Below are positions 58,860 through 64,000 of a DNA stretch of 64,000 nucleotides, piece by piece. The notes below the pieces were generated by a model. That model saw only the letters and a list, made by a program, of their open reading frames with translations, was not told where the DNA came from and did not search any database. The position numbers and the translations under genes are program-made. The first letter of the stretch is position 1. Every line of letters starts with the position of its first letter. The stretch is from Anolis carolinensis (taxonomy: Eukaryota): NCBI RefSeq assembly GCF_035594765.1, contig NC_085846.1:955513-1019512 (forward strand), read 5' to 3'.

Positions 58860-60639
58860 CCAGGGTGGAAGAACCCTTTTCTGTATGAATGTTGCAATCA
58901 ACAAGCTTGAATGGCATTGAGTAGCCTTGCAGCTGCAAAGTCAATCGGCGAGGGACTCTGCATAGAGGTAGCCTGACTGCTGTTGCCTGGAGGCACCCTC
59001 TGTTTAGGAGATGTTCACTGGCCCTTGATTGCTTGTTGTCTGGAGTTCCCCTGTTTCTGACTGGTGTTCTTTATATTTACTGTCTTGATTCTGGTGTCTT
59101 TTAATACGGGTGACCTGATTTTGTTCATTTTCATGGTCTCCTCCTTTCTGTTGCAACTGCCCACCTGCTTGTGGATGTCAATGGCTTCCTTGTGCAGTCT
59201 GACATGATGGTGGTCACAGTGGTCCGGCATTTCTGTTCTCAAATAATAATACTCTGTGTCCAGGTTGGTTCCTCAGCTGTTCTGCTACGGCTGACTTCTC
59301 CGGCTGAATCTGTCTGCAGTGCCTTTCCTGTCCTTTGACATATCTCTTTTTGGGAGATTGACAATATAATGCTACTGGGCATATAATGCGACTCCACTTC
59401 TTCTCCTGTTTGATCTATCCCCCCCCATTGCTACATTCCAATGATAGAATCATAGAATAACAGAGTCGGAAGAGACCCCAAGGGCCCCCTGGTCCGACCC
59501 CCTTCTGCCCTGCAGGGAAAGCACAATCAAAGCCCTCCCGACAGACAGCCATCGGCCTCTGCTTCAAAGCTTCCAGGGAAGGATCTTCCACCGGACTCTG
59601 AGGCAGAGAGTTCCACTGCTGAACAGCTTTCCTTGCCATCAACAGGAAGCTCTTCCTAACGTTCAATGGAATCCTGTCATTGGATCCCATGGCTCCATCG
59701 CGTCCATTGACACAACCCCCCCCCCTTCCTCAGGACACCCCTTCACACGTTCATACCTGGCTCTCCTGCCTCCTCCCCGCCTTCTCTTCTGCAGGATGAA
59801 CAGACCAGCTCCTTAAGACTCTCCTCAGAGGGATTCCTCAGGGTCTCCAGACCTTTGCGTCTCCCTCTGTTCACCTTCCAGCTTGGGGTCAATCTCTCTC
59901 TTGAACTGTGGGGCCCAGAATGGGGCACGGTGTGATTCCAGGGGAAGGGGCCTGGCCAAAGCAGACGAGGGAGGCCCCGGGAGGTCTTCCCTCCATCTGG
60001 ACACTTGACTCCTTTGGACGCAGCCCAGAATCCCCTTGGGTTGTTCAGCTCCTGCCCCTCACTCTTGGCTCATGTTCACCGTGTTCCCCACAAAGACCCC
60101 AAGGTCTTCCTCACACAGACTGCCACCCGTCCTGTATCTCTGCATTTCCTTTGTTTCTGCCCAAGTGCAGCATCTTCCAGGTGTCCTTGTTGAGGTTCAT
60201 GGTGAGAGTTGTGGCTGTGGAGGTCCTTTTGCACCCAGGTCCGGTCCTCTGGAGCATTGGCGCTCCCTTCTCATCTGGTCCCGTCTGCACACTTGACACT
60301 CGCACCCTCTCAACTTTCATCCAAGCCATTAATAACGAGGTTGAGCAGACCTGGGCCCAGGACCGGACCCTCTTCAGGACCCCAAGGGGCCACTTCTTCC
60401 CCGATGAAGAGGAGCCAAGGCGCCACTTGCACCCGAAGTGCCTTGTTGTGCTCAGAGTTGCATCGGCCTTGTTGATTGCATAGCTCTGGGCCTTGGAGTC
60501 GAGGCAGGGAAGCCCCTGGGACCTCCCCTCCAGCTGTGCCTGGAAAGGATCCCCCCCCCCCCCTCAATCTCTCTCTGGGCTTGTTTGGAACTTGTTGTGC
60601 TTGTCCGTCCCTCCCTTCAGCCTTTGGGGGCCTCTTGCT

Positions 60640-61855
60640 GGGAGGGGGCTTCCCCGACCCCCTCCCCCTCCCCCTCCCCCTCCCCTTCCTGCGCCTCGGA
60701 GGGATTAAGAGGCCGGCAGATGGAGGGAGGGGGGAGGGGTCGCCTTAGGGTCAGGGAGGAGATCCTCCAGAGGGGCGCCGCTCCCCCTCCTCGCCCCCCT
60801 CCGCCGGCCTCTCCCTCCCCCCTCCCTCCCCCGTCCTCCGCCGGCCAGCTGTCTGTCCTGGCCCGGGCTGACCGCCCTCCGCCCTCCTCCTTGTTTCTTT
60901 CTTTCTTTCTTTCCTTCCCGGAGGGAGAAGGGAGCGGCCGGAGAGATAGCGGAGGGAAGGCAGGGGCCAAGGCCAAGCGCTGCTCCGGGGCATGTGCAGA
61001 GCGCCCCCCCCCGTCTCTCCTCCTTACCTGGATCACTCCTCGCGCTCTTCTCCCCTTTCTTCTCTTCTCTTTCTTCTCTTGTTTCTTCTCCCCTTTCTTC
61101 TCCTCTTTTTGGTCCACAACTTTCCTGCTTCTGCTCCTCCTCCTCCTCCTCCTCCTCCTCTCTAGTATCTCTCTGTTGTGTCTCTGTCTCTCTCTCTNNN
61201 NNNNNNNNNNNNNNNNNNNNNNNNNNNNNNNNNNNNNNNNNNNNNNNNNNNNNNNNNNNNNNNNNNNNNNNNNNNNNNNNNNNNNNNNNNNNNNNNNNNN
61301 NNNNNNNNNNNNNNNNNNNNNNNNNNNNNNNNNNNNNNNNNNNNNNNNNNNNNCCTGCCGGCCCCCTCCCTCCCCCTCCCCCCCTCCCCCCCCCCCGATG
61401 CGGAGGGAAGAGAGGAAGGAGGGGAAGAGGGGAGGGGCCAGGCGGGGAAAGAGAGAGAGAGAAAGAGAGAGAGGGAGGGGAGGGGGAGGAGACCCCGGCC
61501 CCCGCAGGCCCCGCCCCTCCCCGCAGGCCCCGCCCCCTCACCCCGCGCTCTCGCAGCTGGACGGCGCTCTCCTCTTCCTCTTCCTCCTCCTCCTCCCTCT
61601 TCATCTTCTTTAGAGAAACCGAGGGGAGAGGAGCGAGGGAGGAGGAAGAAGGGAAGGAGGAAGGAGAAAGGAAAGAGAGGAAGAGGAGGAGGAAGAAGGA
61701 AAGGGAAAGGAGGAGGAAGGAGATGTGAAGGAAGGGAAAAGGAAGAGGAGGAGGAAGAAGGACAACAACCCGCCGGGGCTGCCAGGACCCACGGGAGACC
61801 GCGCTCGAGGGGCACACGAGGGTCAGAGATGGGAAGACGTCGTTCACTGACCGAG

Positions 61856-61902
<47 letters not shown>

Positions 61903-62330
61903 GAGGAAGGAAGGAGGGGGCTGGGGCCCGCCCTGCCTGCGCCTCCTTCCGAGAGGACCCCTCCCTCCCTCCCCCCCCCCGTGCTCTCCTCCTCCCCTCC
62001 CCCTCCCCAAGGGACCCCCTCCCCCTCCCCCCTGCAGGCAGCCAGCCAGGCCGGGCTCCCTCCCTCCCCCCCCCCTCTCTCTCTCTCTCTCTGCCGGGAG
62101 GGATGGGCTGCCAGTCGCGGCCCCCGCTTGTAGGAGTCCCTTGTTCGTAAAGGCGGAGGGTCCCGGCCTTGGCTCCCCGGGCCCTCCCCCGCCCCCCTCG
62201 TTCCCCCGAAGGAGAGGGAGGGCCCGCCTCGCCCCCCCTCCCCCCCCCCCCCCCCCCGCCCAGGCATCGGGAGGGAGCGCGAGGGCCAGGATCCGCAAGG
62301 CCCTCCGCCGATGGGAGAGATGACTGGGCA
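60640..62330 (-). promoter_or_regulatory. GC/CpG-rich region, probable GAL3ST4 promoter and non-coding first exon (donor CAG|GTAAGG at 61028/61027)
   Basis: CpG-rich low-complexity block with a strong minus-strand donor. The first GAL3ST4 coding exon starts with an acceptor 1 nt before the ATG, so an upstream exon is required. Confidence 0.5.
61198..61353. other. Assembly gap (N run)
   Basis: Run of N. Confidence 1.
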
Positions 62331-64000
62331 GAACTCCGCCGTGAACTCTGCACACGAGGGAAGAGACGCCACCCGGGCAGAAGGAGCGGAAGGCCAAGAA
62401 GCAGGAGGGGGGCGATGCCTGGCTCCACGCGAGAAAAGTCCCGGAGTCCTCGTGGAGAGGAAGGGGAACAGGAGCCAAGGGGTGCCGCAGCAGCCGGGAA
62501 AGCCAATGCGATTCTGGGCTTTTGTGTGTGTGTGTGTCAGGAGCAACTCGTGTCGCTTCTGGAGTGAGAGAATTGGCCGTCTGCAAGGACGTTGCGCAGG
62601 GGACGTTGCCCGGATGTTTTGATGTTTTGGCCATCCTTGTGGGAGGCTTCTCTCATGTCCCCGCATGGAGCTGGAGCTGACAGAGGGAGCTCATCCGCGC
62701 TCTCCCCAGGTGGGATTCGAACCTGGCAGCCTTCAGGTCAGCAGCCCAACCTTCAAGTCACGAGGCTTTAGTCCACTCCGCCACCGGGGGCTGCATCCAG
62801 AGGAGTCCAGTGTCCAGATGGAGGGAAGAAGTCCCGGTGCTTCTCTGTCCAGCTTTGGTCAGGCCTCTCCACCTGGAATCACACGCGTCCCATTCTGGGC
62901 AAAGCAACTTAAAAGAGAGATGGGCTCTAAGCTGGGAGGGTCCAGAGGAAGAGGGCAAAGAGGAGGGTCAAGGGTCTGGAGACCAGGAATAATCCCCATG
63001 GGGAGCATCTTAAAGAGGAGGCGTGGAAGCCATGCATACATATGTGAAGGGATGTCACGAGGAAGAGGAAGCCTGTCCTTTCAGCTGCCCTGGAAACTAG
63101 GACTCAATGCAGCCATGGGTTCCCATGACAGGAAAGGAGATCCGATTGAACATTAGGAAGAACTTCTCAGAGCTGCTCAACAGTGGAACTCTCCGCCTCG
63201 GAGTCCGGTGGAATCTCCTTCCTTGGAGGCTTTGAAACAGAGGCTGAGTGGACATCTGTCAGGGATGCTTGGATTGTGCTGCACGGCAGAGGTTGGACTA
63301 GATGGCCCATGGGGGTCTCTTCCAACTCTATGATTCTATGATGTCCTTCTCTCTCTCAAATCCAGCCTTTGGTCCCTTCCGCTCTGGCTTTGTCTCCCAA
63401 ACGCGGCCCCGAGGAGCGGTCTCTGCTGAGACCCCTGGCCAGGATTTATTGAAAGGAAGAGACTGGGACCCTTCCTCTCTGTCGGGGGGCTTTGCTCGGC
63501 CTGTGCTGCTGTGGGCTCAGCCTTCTCTTGAGAGGATAGGCCAAGGCCCACGGGGGTTGAAGGGACCACGTACATCTTTATTGTTTGGGATACAGGAGTC
63601 TTGCACTACATACAGCCCATCCATACAGAGTGGGCTTTGCCTAACAATGGGAGCCCCGGTGGCGAAGTGTGTTAAAGGGCTGAGCTGCTGAACTTACAGA
63701 CCGAAAGGTCACAGGTTCAAATCCCGGGAACGGATTGAGCGCCCACTGTTAGCTCCAGCTTCTGCCAACCTAGCAGTTCGAAAACATGCCAAATGTGAGT
63801 AGATTAATAGATACCGCTCCGGCGGGAAGGTAACGGTGCTCCATGCAGTCATGCCAATGGCCACATGACCTTGGAGGTGTCTACGGTCTAAGCTCTTTGG
63901 CTTAGAAATGGAGATGAGCACCAACCCCCAGAGTCGGACACGACTGGACTTAATGTCAGGGGAAAACCTTGACCTTTACCTTTACTTGCCTTACTTACTT

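Noticed and set aside
60438-62666. Long ORFs, or GPC2 expected by synteny
   Set aside because: Low-complexity sequence spanning an N gap; no glypican motifs recognised.

Overview
Vertebrate genomic DNA, most likely a squamate (Anolis-like, judged from Sauria SINEs, Vingi, Dong/R4, BovB and Penelope repeats). It is GC-rich, gene-dense and syntenic with human 7q22.1. Seven spliced genes were reconstructed by hand from splice sites and recalled protein motifs: TAF6 (-, first two coding exons only), MBLAC1 (+, one-base frameshift in a G8 run), an L6/TM4SF-family gene (+, 5 exons, fish tm4sf21-like), a TMEM272-like gene (+, 4 exons), LAMTOR4 (+, 4 exons), TRAPPC14/C7orf43 (-, 11 exons) and GAL3ST4 (-, 3 coding exons). 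CNPY4 is missing from its mammalian position. Introns are packed with repeats. The most notable non-genic signals are: minimal hammerhead ribozymes in Penelope termini, including a tandem sense pair in a TRAPPC14 intron; a repeat/spacer-like array of a Dong LINE fragment with (AAT)n spacers; Helitrons carrying a captured SINE; two solo LTRs with reverse-complementary TSDs; a 2.4-kb AG-free pyrimidine tract abutting a splice acceptor; and a 44-bp minisatellite carrying MRE-like cores. Two N gaps are present. All homology calls are from memory of the families, not database searches; repeat boundaries are approximate unless TSDs are given.
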